From NCBI RefSeq assembly GCF_000143415.4, contig NW_003314311.1, positions 1,310,769 through 1,374,768 on the forward strand: a stretch of DNA of 64,000 nucleotides, given 5' to 3'. The stretch is from Selaginella moellendorffii (lineage: Eukaryota; Plantae; Lycopodiophyta). Each line of letters opens with the position of its first letter. The first letter of the stretch is position 1. The notes under the pieces were generated by a model that was not told the DNA's origin, made no database searches, and saw nothing but the letters and a program-made list of their open reading frames with translations. This document shows positions 1 to 12,269 of the stretch, piece after piece. Both the position numbers and the translations under genes were made by a program.

Positions 1-271
1 GCAGCAAACCACGTCCCACTCCGGCATGTCATCAAACAAAACCTTCGCATTATCGAAACACTTCGCATTTACAAATGCGGCAAGCATCGCCGTATGTGAG
101 AAGATATCCCACGCAGGCATTCCAAAAGATTCGCTCGGATTCTCGCAAATGCCCAAGCCGGGCATAACGCGCCGAGAAGGCAATTCCACGCAACTAGACT
201 GGGATCCGGCATTAGGTCAAACGTTTTCTTAGCTTATTCCTTCCGTACGCGGAGATCATGAAAACCCACGG
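1..271 (-). pseudogene. PPR (PLS-class) gene fragment, diverged duplicate of 2304-2572
   Basis: gcagcaaaccacgtccc...gaaaacccacg aligns with 2304-2572 with small indels; the minus strand gives PPR-like text (KKTFDLMPDPSLVAWNCLL). Confidence 0.7.
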
Positions 272-335
272 CTCATTGGATTATAAAGTTCAAAGTTTGA
301 AGCTAGGTTGATCCATAATACAGCATTCTACCCCC

Positions 336-722
336 ATGGCATTCTGTTTGATCCATCTCGTCTTGGTGCTATTGGCCATCTTCCATGGTACAAGCGCCCT
401 GTGTCCTCCTGATAATCATTTTGAAAACTCATGCCAAAATATCAAGTACAACGGCTGTCAGCTTGTTGCAACTTGTCCTGATAGGAATGGTTTGCGGAGG
501 GTGAGCAGCCTGGATGTGAACACTTGCATCAGCAACAACGGAAGGTCCTTGAACTGTGGCCACGGTTTCCAAGCGACATGCATGAATGTGAGGTGCTACT
601 ATGCTACTCCCAGGGCCTACATCAATGCTGAGTGTGCTAAACCCAACGGGGTATACATGTCCACCACAATAAACGTTGGCAATTGCATCAAGAACAACGA
701 CGGTGTGCTTGCATGCTGCTAA
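336..722 (+). CDS. Secreted cyanovirin-N homolog (CVNH) lectin, intronless, 128 aa
   Basis: Hydrophobic signal peptide, then two CVNH-type repeats: FENSCQNI..LVATC..RNG..RVSSLDVNTCISNNGRSL and FQATC..INAEC..PNG..STTINVGNCIKNNDGVL. TATA-like TTATAAA about 50 bp upstream. Confidence 0.8.
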   Translation: MAFCLIHLVLVLLAIFHGTSALCPPDNHFENSCQNIKYNGCQLVATCPDRNGLRRVSSLDVNTCISNNGRSLNCGHGFQATCMNVRCYYATPRAYINAECAKPNGVYMSTTINVGNCIKNNDGVLACC

Positions 723-1065
723 GCAAATATCTAGGTGCCATAAAATATGAGCAAATCCTAATAAAAATAGATTCATATGTTACAAGAATGATAACTGTGA
801 TTGAGTATTGTCATAGTACTACCAGATACCATGTACCAGAAGCAGTATGATTGCATGTATGTAGTAACATGTTGTGCGACACTTAGTGAGGTTGAGAGCG
901 TGGATCGACCTTTTGAGGTAGTACTTCTCAAAAACAAGATTGTGGATCTGCGAGGAGAGCTCCCTGGCGACCATAGAGAGGGGGATTTGGAACTCTACAG
1001 ATGTCCTGTGCCTCAATCACTCGCATCGCGTTGTTTTTTATTACAGTGCTACAATTTGCCACTGC

Positions 1066-1171
1066 CTGTTAAGGCGGTCAACGGGCCAGGGCTTGCCCGT
1101 TGACCGCTATCGCCGGGCTTGCACCTTAAATGCGGTAATGGGCTCGTCCTGGCCCGTTAACAGCCTTATAG
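1066..1171. repeat. Nested inverted repeat / foldback (possible MITE remnant)
   Basis: Perfect 13-bp stem GCGGTCAACGGGC (1074-1086)/GCCCGTTGACCGC (1095-1107); 1066-1107 is also an imperfect inverse of ~1132-1171. Confidence 0.6.
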
Positions 1172-1861
1172 CTGGAATCCACGCTGTTAAATCCCACCAC
1201 CAGTGCACAACAGTGGCCGAGATCCATGAGAAGAACGCTTCCCAAAAACGAATTGATGACAAGTTTCTAAACGCTTTGCACGAGAAACGTTCGAGTGAGA
1301 AAAAAACTCCCAGGTTTTACTCATGTAATAAAAAAATGCCATGTTGCGGATTCTTGTCGATACAATGTTAGTCGATGCCCCTTCTTTGTTGACTTAATAT
1401 GACATTAGCATGTGAGAGATTTTATGTGGTTTGGTTAAGCAAGGAGAATATGGTTGGAATTTCTGGCATATTCCATTGTGTTATATTATAAACATGTTTA
1501 TTTAGACTTTCTGAAACAAATTTTATAAAAATCTTAATAATTTATAAACTTTCTGAAAACTTGCCTTTGGGCTGGATGCAACCATGGCCGCCTCTCTATG
1601 TAATTGGCTCTCATGAGAAGACTCGTTGAAACAATACCAAGGGTCGCAAATGATGTGTATGGTAATAATAAGAAGGATTATAAACCCATTTCCAATGTAT
1701 AACCATGCCCGCCACCACCTAGCATTTACAAGTAAAACAACAATTACCAAAACGCTTACCTGATCAAAATGAAGGTAAATATGAGTGAAGAAGTAGACAA
1801 AGAGCAGCACTCGAAAGATCTAGAACACAAAGAGAAAATCGCAAAAGGAGTCAAGATCTTT

Positions 1862-2796
1862 GGTCATTATATTCCACGAAGCTTTGCTTGGCCTGGTCTT
1901 TCTGCAAGAACATACGAAACAAAGACACGGCCTGGTCAAGATTTCCGGACTGGGAATATGCCGAGAGCATAATAGCATAGCATCTTCAAGATGCCCGTTC
2001 AGGGTATATGCGAAAAGCACAAATCCCAGTACGCGACAAGTACTGTAGATTCCTCCACAACGCCATGCAATTCATACGAAAGCAGCATTCAGCCATTGTA
2101 TCCTGCATTTTCATGCTAGAAAACAATGCTTTTGGTTACCCAATTTGAGAACATTCTCTCTGGTGGGCATAGAATCAAAGAATGCAACCTTTTGATCTTC
2201 TCGATAATATGTTTAGAATGGTGTTTGTATGACAGAAGTGTCCACTCGCGCATCGAATCAAACAAATCATTTGCCTGCTTTCATTTGCTGCCAATAGTGT
2301 GTTGCAGCAAACCACGTCCCACTCCGGCATGGCATCAAACAAAACACTTCGCATTTACAAATACGGCAAGCATCGCTGTATGTGAGAAGATATCCCACGC
2401 AGGCATTCCACAAAAGATTCGCTCGGATTCTCGCAAATGCCCAAGCCGGGTATAACGCGCCGAGAAGGCAATTCCACGCAACTAGACTGGGATCCGGCAT
2501 TAGATCAAACGTTTTCTTAGCCTGGATGAGAAACCCATTCTTTCCGTACGCGGAGATCATGAGAACCCACGAGTGAGAGTCTTTCGGAGAAATTCCCGCA
2601 AAGGTCTCCTCGGCGCTCTCGATGCTCCCACACCTGCCGTACATCTCCACAAGGAGATTCGAGAGTTAGAGCCGCGAGCTCAGCATGAGGGATGCCGCGA
2701 GAAGGAATCTCTCGAGCCCGGTTCAAGACCGAATGAGCTCGACGCAATCCTTGAGCGTCTCAGCAGCGGTAACCATTCAGGCCAGGTAAGTGGCAT
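1862..2796 (-). pseudogene. Frameshifted PPR (PLS-class) gene
   Basis: MYGRCGSIESAEETFAGI..DSHSWVLMISAYGKNGFLIQAKKTFDLMPDPSLVAWN; further PPR motifs in other frames (FAYTLNGHLEDA, SWNIM); stops and frameshifts. Confidence 0.75.
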
Positions 2797-2804
2797 CCCG
2801 TTGG

Positions 2805-3075
2805 AACGAGCACTGTAAAACGCAAGGAGTCGAGTTAAAAGTTAATATCGTGATCAACACAGAAACAAAACTTTGTGGCACCTTGTTGGTTTTTCTCGTT
2901 CGAACGAGCACCTGCAAAAACGCAAGGATCGAGTTAGCTGTGATAGAAAACTGAATATCACATACCGGCAAACTTGATCGACACAGAAACAAAACTTTGT
3001 AGAATCTCGTTGGTTTTTCTCGTTCGAACGAGCACCTACAAAAACGGAAGGAGTCGAGCTGTGATAGAAACGTTA
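2805..3075. repeat. Imperfect tandem repeat, about 2.5 units of 100-125 bp
   Basis: gaacgagcac..aaaacgcaagga..cgagt and cacagaaacaaaactttgt..ttggtttttctcgttc recur. Confidence 0.65.
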
Positions 3076-3775
3076 GAATCAACTCTTCCCTTCCAAAAAA
3101 ACTTTGTGAGTAAATGCACTCGAATCAGACAAACTTACGTGAATCCAAATTCCGTACATCTCGGTGCCAGGGAACGGAGTGTTGTCCGGGAGACCAGCGT
3201 TTTGTCCTTGAAGAAGCTGATATAACTCCTCCATGTTCGTTCCTGTGCTGCGTATCTTATTTAGCGCCAGGCAATTCACTTTCTCGACCTTGAAATGCAC
3301 AATCTTTGATATCCTACATTCTTTCTTCGTAATGGAAACGGTTCCAGTTGAACCTGGAGATACATAGAACGAACAACCAGCTGTCTTTGTAAATACGAAA
3401 GAGACCACTTACTTACCCCATTTGAGGATTGGAGAGAGCTGAGCTGAGCTGCCAATTGTAAAGGTCGGTCCTGATATTGCGCATGGTGACGTTGTTGTCA
3501 CACACAGCCTTCCACAGCTCTCTGCATTCAAGGCATCTGTTGAGACGTCGTCCATATCATGGCATCGTGCTTGTGTTGCACGCGCTGAAAGCATTCAAGC
3601 TCGAGTTTGCTTTCTACCTGGAAACTTTGCAGCCAGCCAACCGGCATCTCATACAACGCCTCAGATGGTTTTTGTGTTGTCAAATTGCATACACTTTTGT
3701 CTCCTTCATTGCGCGAATGTAATGCTCTCGGGGCTTTAAGAGACCTCTAGCAAGTTCGACGGTTCCAGTTGAGCA

Positions 3776-4939
3776 ATGGCTTCTCGGTGCTTTCATCCTT
3801 CTGTGTATCTTGATGGTTGTTCTGAATTCTCTGCTCCTGGTCCCTGCGAGTATACACCACCGAAGCTCCACATAGAATTAGAACAGGAAGAGCGCATACC
3901 CCTCTCATCTTTGATTGTCGCAGCTGGAATCGAAAAACGTGAATTGGCGATGGATAACACCTTCTTCCAAACTGAGAGTTGGCAACCGGCGCAATTCGCA
4001 TTTGGTTCTTCCAATCCTCTGAGCGTGACCTTGGATAGCCTCGACGCTAGAAATCAAGGTAGCTCGTCAGTTTTCCAAGCGATGACAATAGGAAAAGAAG
4101 CAGACCTTCGCATTCCCGGGTACAACACCTTGAAAGGCCAGCAGCAGCTTACGACGCGACCTTCAATCTCTTCGTGTCGAAGTCAAGTGCTGGAGAAAGC
4201 TCTGGGTGTTCAGCAAAAGTGGCCAGGCAAGAGGCCTCTGGCTCAAAGAGAGAGTCACATCTGGTCCGAGAGAGAGCGTCGCAAAGGGATGAATCGCCTG
4301 TTCTGTATACTGAGGTCCTTACTGCCAGAACCAAGCTCGAAGGTAGTCTTCTTCTTTCTTGAAATTCTCTCATCTGGCTGATTGATTCTTCTGTTCCTGT
4401 TCTTCCGCCTTTCTAGACGGACAAGTCGACCGTCGTAGGAGAGATCATCAAGTATATCAGCTTTCTCCGGCTAAGCATCGAGGAGCTCACCAAGAAGAAG
4501 TCCGACATTCTCCAGCGAGCAGCAAGAGTTTCTCAGTCCACCTCTGGTGACTCGGGTGCAATCATCGTAAACCAGCGATCGCAGGAAACGCTCCCTTCTT
4601 TTCAAAGCGTTGTCTTTGTCTCAACACCTCTAGTAGCTCTTCACGTGTGCCGCGATAATGTCTTCCTGAACATGACTTGCAGCAGACGAGCTTCGTTGTT
4701 CGTGAACATTCTGTGGGCCATGAGACAGCACCAGCTTATACTTCTCAATGCCACTGTCTCCGCCCACGGTAGCCAGATTATCTATTGTATCCACAGCAAG
4801 GTACGTAAGATGGTCCGTCACTGAGCAATGCAATTAACTCTATCAAATACCACAGGCCAAGGATATCAATCATTTCGCCCGAGAATCGCTGCACTCTGCT
4901 CTCTTGACAATCGCACAGCCGCTACCAAACGTGTACTAA
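3776..4939 (+). CDS. bHLH transcription factor with C-terminal ACT-like region, subfamily Ib / ZHOUPI(bHLH95)-like; exons 3776-4342, 4417-4800, 4856-4939
   Basis: ESHIWSERERRKGMNRLFCILRSLLPEPSSK|TDKSTVVGEIIKYI; GT-AG introns give a continuous frame to TAA at 4937-4939. Confidence 0.8.
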
Positions 4940-4979
4940 AAAGCGTTGAATGGCGTGTATAATGTATCATAAGTTTGAA

Positions 4980-7900
4980 CTATTCTCCCACGGGTTCGCT
5001 GATGGGAGGTCTATCCATATTTCTGGCAGCTTCTTTGGCGATCTTAGACAGCTCGCTGTCGATGTGAGGCAAATGAGGAATCTGCCAGAAAACAGCGTTA
5101 AGAAAAAAAGAAAACGTTAAGTGATTTACTAACCTGAGATAAAAGGTCAATGGTTCGGCGTAGAAGTCTAGCAAAATCGCCTTCATCCATAATGTCTTCG
5201 ATCTCTAGCTCTTTCCAGTTCACTCCTGCAGCCCAAGCTTCAACGAAGCCCGCAAGCTGTGGATCCAGATCGCATGCAAACTAATGCATGAAAAACTTTT
5301 TAGCAACTGGAAGTAACGTGAAAATATGGCTTACCTCGACATTGTGATTCTCTTGCAAGCCATATAGCCAGAGTCGTTCAGATTGCATCTTCTCCACCCA
5401 TTCTTTCACCACAGCGGAGGGCTCGTATATCGTCCTGGAAAAAGGAACTGGCTAAAGCAACATCGAGATCATAAATCGATACTGACCTGTATTCATTATC
5501 TGGAATTGACTTCGGACTTTCAGTGACCAGTGCGGCGGCAACTGCGGCTAGCTCTGATGGCTTTAACGACAACAGAGCTTCATCTCGAAGAGCTATAGCC
5601 AGCCAAAGCTCGTTCGATCCACGTATAGCTCGAGCGATTTCACCAAGTGGTAAAAGCTTGTGGGTGTTTCGGTCCATTGCTCCAGCACCTTTCAAGATTT
5701 TCACTACCTGGATAAAACAAGTACGAGTTTAAAGTTTTACCATCCTACGTACGTACCTGTAAGAATTCTTTCCATCCTGAAGGCTGCATGCCTTTTATAC
5801 GATTCCCTATCCGTTCCAGTTTCGCTTTTAATCGAGCTACTTTCTCCTCCCGCATTTGTTTCACTTTCGCAACAAGATTGTCAATTTCAACTTCGTCAAT
5901 CTCCGCGAGCCTCCTTGACCATTTTCCAAGGCTTCTTTGCTGCATCAGCAGCAATTTCTCGGCAGTAACAAGCTCCTCCGGCATCTAAACAATGAACTTC
6001 AGCTAATGAAAGAAAACGAAAATGCCTTACCGCACATTCACTTGTAAGATTGTTGGGAACAGGCACTTCATAACCATGTGGAGGAAATGATAATTGACAG
6101 CGGGAAACATTATCGTTTCCAACGATTTCCCACTGAACATCGGCGAGATTGCTTTTCAGAGCTGTGCGTTCCTCAGCTCCTATCGTGCTCCTGTAAACTT
6201 TCCTCACCACTTTCAAGGGGAAACGATATAAAAAACTGTCACAGCCAACTCCAATAAAGGAAGCATCCATGTCTTCCACCTTGGGTTCGTGATTCTGGGA
6301 GACATAATTCACATATGGGAAAGAAAAACAGAAGTATGTACCTCGTTTACTCCCAGGATAAATGGATTGTTTTCTGTCATGTGGAAAACAGCCACAGAAA
6401 GCGTATGATCTTCGCCAGTGTTAATATCTTCGTACGTCAGTAAAACATATGGAACTTGCTCCAGTGAAAGTTGTTTAAGCTGACTCTGCAAAAAGGATAG
6501 CCTATGCCTCTCAAATTTAAAACGAAGGCTTCGCTCTTTGCGTTCTTGTGTCTACAAACAGAATGTTACCAACAATATAAAAAACTAGGCTGACATTTAC
6601 CTCAACTTTCTCACGCATTTTGTTGAACTCGTTAATTTTCTCCTCGTACAGTTTACTAAGAGAATCTGTAGACTGTCCACTTTCTAGTGTCTCGATTTCG
6701 GAACTTATTTGAACCATCTTAGCTCTCGCACCCGTTAGAATCTCACTTCCAATATAGTTTCCAAAACTCTGTTCAATCAAGCTTCGTGCTTCTCCAAAGC
6801 TTTGGCGTTGTTCACTGGACAGAGTTTCACTTTCGACGGCCGAGTCCTGAGAATGACAAAGACAAACATGAGGAAAAACTTTAGTAGTTAAAACGCACCT
6901 CTAGTAAATTCAGAGCCATCCCATATGTAGCTGTGAATTGCGAAACAAGCGGTTCCAACCCTGTTCGTAGCATTTTGTAGCATTCTTCGGGCCCTCTAAA
7001 TGGTGTTTGGACAACAACTACGTGACCTTCTTTGTCGATTCCTCTTCTACCTGCTCTTCCAGCCATCTGAAGTACGACATTGGCACTAATTCTTCGTTGG
7101 TACTTTCCGGAAAACGATGATAAAACCGTAGTTCTGGCTGGCATGTTGATCCCGGCTGCCAACGTTTCGGTTGCAAACACCACTTTCACCAATCCCTTTT
7201 GAAAAAGCTCTTCAATAAAACTCTTCCACAGAGGCAGGCAACCTGCGTGATGTGCAGCAACACCTTGGTAAAGAGGCCGAACAGCTGCTTCTCTGATCGC
7301 ATCTGGATATTGCTCTCGAAAAGATTTAAGTGCTAGATCAATCTGCTGAAACTCGTCCTCGGCTAGCAAATTCGCGTGTTGCAAATACTGCACGGCTTCG
7401 TCACAGCGCCTTCTACTCAAAATAAACCAAATGGCTGGTAGCATATTTCGCTCTACCATTTGTTTCAGAGTGTCAGAGATACGAGGAACCTGGCATGAAA
7501 TGCACGAGTTAGATAAGTGTGCAAAGAGTATCGTCAGAAAAACCTGAACACGAAGAAGAACTTGCAGCTGCTCTTCAGTCATTTTCTCCAGCGTGCTGAT
7601 CCTTCCCCTGATCTTTCTCGAGTTAACTTCTTCCAACTGTTTCTTATCAATGAGCAGCTTCCTGAAAGTTCCTGAGTGTCAAGGCAAACTGATTCAGACT
7701 AGACAAAAGAGACAAGCACAGAGTACCTGTTGATAGCTGTGCCTTTCTCGTTCAGAAGGGGTAACATTTGAGAACGCCTCGAGATATGCCAAGTCAAAGG
7801 GACAGGCCTTCTATACGACGTGATGAGCTCCGTTGGTCCATGAACCTTTATCATCAAAGTGTAAGTGTTTGTTTAAAATAAAAATGCCGACATACCTTTG

Positions 7901-9065
7901 CTATCCATCCTGCTAACTCGTCAGGATTTGCAATAGTCGCTGATAAGCAGACAAGTTTAATCCTCTTTGGACAGTATATCACCTGCAACTCCAAAGTCAG
8001 CAATTTATACTACATTGCAAATATAAAAACCCTTGCCGTTTCCTCCCACACCGTGCCTCGTGTGAGATCACTGATATAATGGATTTCATCGAGCACGACA
8101 ACATCGAGGTCTTGAAGCACATCCTCATTTCCAGCACTGTGATAAAAATTGGAGTCAAATACCAAAGCTATCCCAGCATTACTAACCTCAAATAAAACTT
8201 GTTACGCATAATCTCGGTGGTCATGATCACAATCGGAGCATCTCGATTGATAGAAACATCACCAGTGAGAAGTCCAACGCTCGAATCACCGAAAATTTTC
8301 CTGAAAGAAGCAACTTAAGTCTTTTTTTTTGTCCACCGAGAACGTCTTTCCTTACCTGAAGTCTCTGAATTTCTGGTTTGAGAGTGCCTTCAAAGGTGTC
8401 GTGTAGAACAACCTCTTGCATTTAGCCAGCGTTGCAGCTGCGGCAGCTTCGGCGATCAAAGTCTTTCCACTGCTTGTTGGTGCACTGACCACCACTGATG
8501 ATCCTTTAAGAAATCCTTCTATAGCCAAACGCTTTAGATCACCAACACGAATATCTGTGAGTACGAGAGAAAAATAAACGAGCGAATGGATTACCTGAAA
8601 CTTATCGAGACGGAAGCTATACAGCCCGATGAGATCGGCAGAAGATATTTGTTTTCCCTGTGCTACCTTGGCGCAGAGATCGTCGATTCTCCTGGCCCTT
8701 TCGGCAAAAGAATCCAGCTCCTCCCTAGCATCATTGGCGCCCTCGTCTGCGCCATCGTCCGGAGCGAACCGAAATTCTCCGAAACCAAAATCCTCCTCTC
8801 CCCCGGAGGATTCCTGTTCACTCCCATCGCTGCAATCCTCATCCTCTTCGCTAAGCGCACCCAGCATTGATTTCTCCCCCTTCCCTGCAATCGCATTCTC
8901 ATCCCTCACGGCATTTCCTCGCCAATGCCGCGCCAATCCGACAAATCCTCCCCGCCATAGCAGATTCCCTGCGTATCCTCTCCGCAAGGTACACGGGGCC
9001 ACGGCGCGGCGAAGAATCGGCGGAGAATGCAGCGTCGAAACCCTGATATCGGGCCCGAGTGCCAT
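4980..9065 (-). CDS. ISE2: Plastid Ski2-like DExH-box RNA helicase (ISE2/DExH15-like), multi-exon
   Basis: Transit-peptide-like N-terminus; [111 protein letters not shown]-terminal MDRPPISE. Confidence 0.85.
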
Positions 9066-9168
9066 AGCTCGCTAGGGTTTATCCCATTCAAATAAATCCT
9101 AGGAATATGCTAGCCGTGTATTCTACTACCAGAATATACCTCGCAGTTTACGAGTATATACTTATAAG

Positions 9169-12100
9169 TTATCTCAGGAACTCTGGTCCTGACTCGTTCT
9201 TTCTGTTGGTGATCCCGGACGTACGGATGGCTTGCCGGTTAAACCGAGATCTCGGTGGAGAGACGTACGGAAGCTCCTCCGAGCACTCTCCACTCACTCT
9301 ATCCTGGACTTGGGCAGCGTATTGGAGGTTCCAGAGCACGTCTTCCATGGATGGCCTGCTCGATGGTTCCTCCGAGAGGCACTTAGCGGCGATTTCCAGC
9401 ACCGTCGTGAGAGATTCAGCTACGCAGTTGCCGATGATCGCTGGGTCCACGACTTCGTACCGCGGGACGTGCTCGGTTTGAAGCATTTCCTGGAGAGAGA
9501 TAGGAATTTTTAGTGAGAATTTGGAGGAAGGAAAAGAACTTGCCAGTTCTCGGACTTTTGGATGGACAGACGACTTGGAGTCTTCGATTGTCGGCGGCTT
9601 TCCGAGGAGGATCTCAAGCAGGATGAAGCCAAAGTTGTAGACATCGGTTTTATCGGATGCGAGCTTTCTGAAAAGAAGAACGGACGAGCTCGTTTTACAT
9701 TGAAAACAAAACAATCCTTAGCTTACCTGCGATGGTGATCCAAGTCTATGTGAGCCGGAGTTTTCTGGACGTAGACCTTCGCCTGTGGACGAGGAACCCG
9801 TAAACGTCAACATAAAAGAAGGGAAACCGTCACACTTACATCGAAATCGCATGAAGTACGTGCATGCTTCCCTATACCGAAGTCCGTGAACTTCGCTACG
9901 CAGTTTTGATCCATGAGAACGTTGGTAATGTTCACGTCGTTGTTAAAAATCCCAGGAACAACACCAGTGTGAAGATACTGAATTCCTCTCCCAGCACCGA
10001 TCGCAGCAGCTAATCTCTGTGACCAGCTCAAAACCTCCCGACCCTCCGCCTCTACAGGTAAATCCGAAAAGCAAAACATTAAGCCCAGCAATCCTGTGAC
10101 GAACTTACTTGAGAGATGGTTACGGAGAGTTCCATTGTCGATGTACTCGGAGACAAGATAGAGCTTTCGGCACTGCGTCGCTCCGTCGATCACGTTGTCC
10201 AAGCTGTAGCCAATGTACCCCACCAAATGCCTGTGGCGGATCTTGACGAGCAGCTCAACGTGGATCTTGAGTTGCCTCATGTCTTGTCTGGAATCCAGCG
10301 TGAGGCACTTGACGGCAGCCACGGTCCCGTCATGGAGCTTGCCTTTGAAAACTTTCCCGTGCTGGCCTTCGCCGATGAGATTCTCCAGACTAAAGTTGGC
10401 AGTGGCTTCCTCGAGCTCGGGAACTGAAAAGACTCGGTTGTGAGAAGTGGAGTGGACACCCAAACGTATAGACTGTGACAGATATCCTGCAAAAATCGAA
10501 GAAAACAAAACGTATAAGCTCGAATCGATCGAAACACTCCCTAGAAAACCATATGAAAGAAGCAAAGGAACCGGCGTTCATGCAAAGAAGAAACAACATG
10601 AGCTTACAAACAAGTCCAACCAAGAACACAACGAAAGAAAACAATCATCAAATCCATGTTCTGGAAAACTGAAAGAAGCCGAAGAAGGTAAAGCTCGACA
10701 AAAACCGCTAAGAACACAATCAAAGTTCATGAAAAGAATGAGCTTGCAAACAAGTGAATCCGACCAAGAACACAAGGAACGAACACAATCGTCCAATGCA
10801 AGTTCTAGACAAATGAAAGAAATCGAAGGAAGTGTCAAACAATGCAAATCAGAGAAAGATCTAGTTCTAGAAGGATGCTTACTTGCATTGGAGAGAAGAT
10901 CCGAGGGGACGCCAATGGACGCCGTGTCCGCGCACGAAGAAGCGGCATACTGGACGGGCTTGTCATCCTTCTGCTGCCTCAAGCATCGAAGTAGAACACA
11001 CAAGAACACCGCCACCGCCCCAACCAGCGCAATCCCACCTCCCACAATCCCAGCGATGATCGCCAGGTCGTGAGAATCCGGCGTGCTGGCCCCCGCCGCC
11101 GACGCCGCCGCCCTCTTCCTCGCCGCGGCATCGCAGTGCGATCGCGTGTACTGCTGCTGCACACGCGTCGCGAAGCAATTCTTCCCAAACCTGACCACGA
11201 CCGATCCGCCGCTGCCCAGGAAGCTCGCCGGCACGCGCCCCGTGAAGAAATTCGAGGAGAGATCGAGCAACGCCAAGCTGGGGGAGAGGGAGAGGTTGTA
11301 GGGCAAAACCCCCAAGAACTGGTTGCCATTGAGCGCCAGCGTCTCAATGTGGCCCAGCCGGAAGAGTGCCGCCGGCGGCATGCCGTGGAGCTCGTTGTAC
11401 GACAGGTCCATCGTCCGTACACCGCCGAGCCGCGCGGCGGCGTCGCGCGGTATGCCGCCGGTGATATCGTTTTGCCCGAGGAGGAGGGACTGTAAGAGGC
11501 CCCCATAGCCGAACTTGGGGAAGGCGGGGCCGATGTGATTCGCCCCAGCATTGAAGTAGACGAGGAGGCTGTCGGAGCTCCAATCCGGGAGATTGCCCGA
11601 GAAATCGTTGTGCGAGACCACCAATCTCTCGAGGCGATTCCTCCGCGACGAGAAGAGCGACTTGGGCAGCTTGCCAGTGATCGCATTGTTGGAGAGGTCG
11701 AGCTCGCGGAGGCTGCGCAGCTCGCCGATCCATCCGGGCAGCGTGCCATTCAAGCGATTGTCCTTGAGCTGGAGGATCTCGAGGCGCGAGAGCGCGCGGA
11801 GGCGGTCGGGCAGGGCGCCGGAGATGGAATTCTCGCTGAGATCGAGCACCCGGAGGGATTGGAGATGGTCGAGCTTGGGCGGGATGGATCCCCAGAGGCC
11901 GAGGTGGACGAGGCCCAGGATCTCGAGCTCGGGCAGCGCCGAGAGGAGATTCCCCAGCGTCTCCATGGAGAAATCCCGCGAGAGGCTCGTGGCATTGCCC
12001 AAGATCTGGATGGAGACGATGGTGGAGGAGAAGGAACCAGCGCTGGAGTTGCAGGAGAGATTAAACACCGGCGATGGAGGAATCCCACACAAATCCAGGC

Positions 12101-12269
12101 CCTGGGTAGCGTTGGAATCGATGTGGGCGAGCGCGGATGGGTAGCCCAGCAGCCGCTGGAGGCGAAGAACACTGTGGACTTGCGATGGCGGCAGCGATGA
12201 TCCTTCCACTGCTAGGACGAGCAGCAGCGCTACGACTGCTCCAATGGATCCAGGAATCGAAGGACCCAT
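9169..12269 (-). CDS. LRR receptor-like kinase (LRR-VI-like, probably atypical kinase), multi-exon
   Basis: Signal peptide from ATG 12269 (MGPSIPGSIGAVVALLL), plant LRRs, TM (LAIIAGIVGGGIALVGAVAVFLCVLL), kinase subdomains GEGQHGKVFKG, VAAVK, DFG, DVYNFGFILLEIL, RPSMEDVLWNLQYAAQVQ. Confidence 0.85.

Noticed and set aside
2805-3075. Repeat-spacer-like pattern (CRISPR?)
   Set aside because: Eukaryotic context, long imperfect units, the spacers are themselves repeated, no cas genes.
3079-3650. Possible spliced gene on the minus strand
   Set aside because: Splice-like signals exist but no recognisable domain or consistent model could be built.
10447-11073. 208-aa plus-strand ORF with an internal repeat
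   Set aside because: Antisense to an LRR-RLK intron containing a ~145-bp duplication; open frame attributed to composition.
10963-12200. Many long overlapping ORFs on both strands
   Set aside because: Shadow frames of the GC-rich LRR-RLK exon; low-complexity R/S/A translations.
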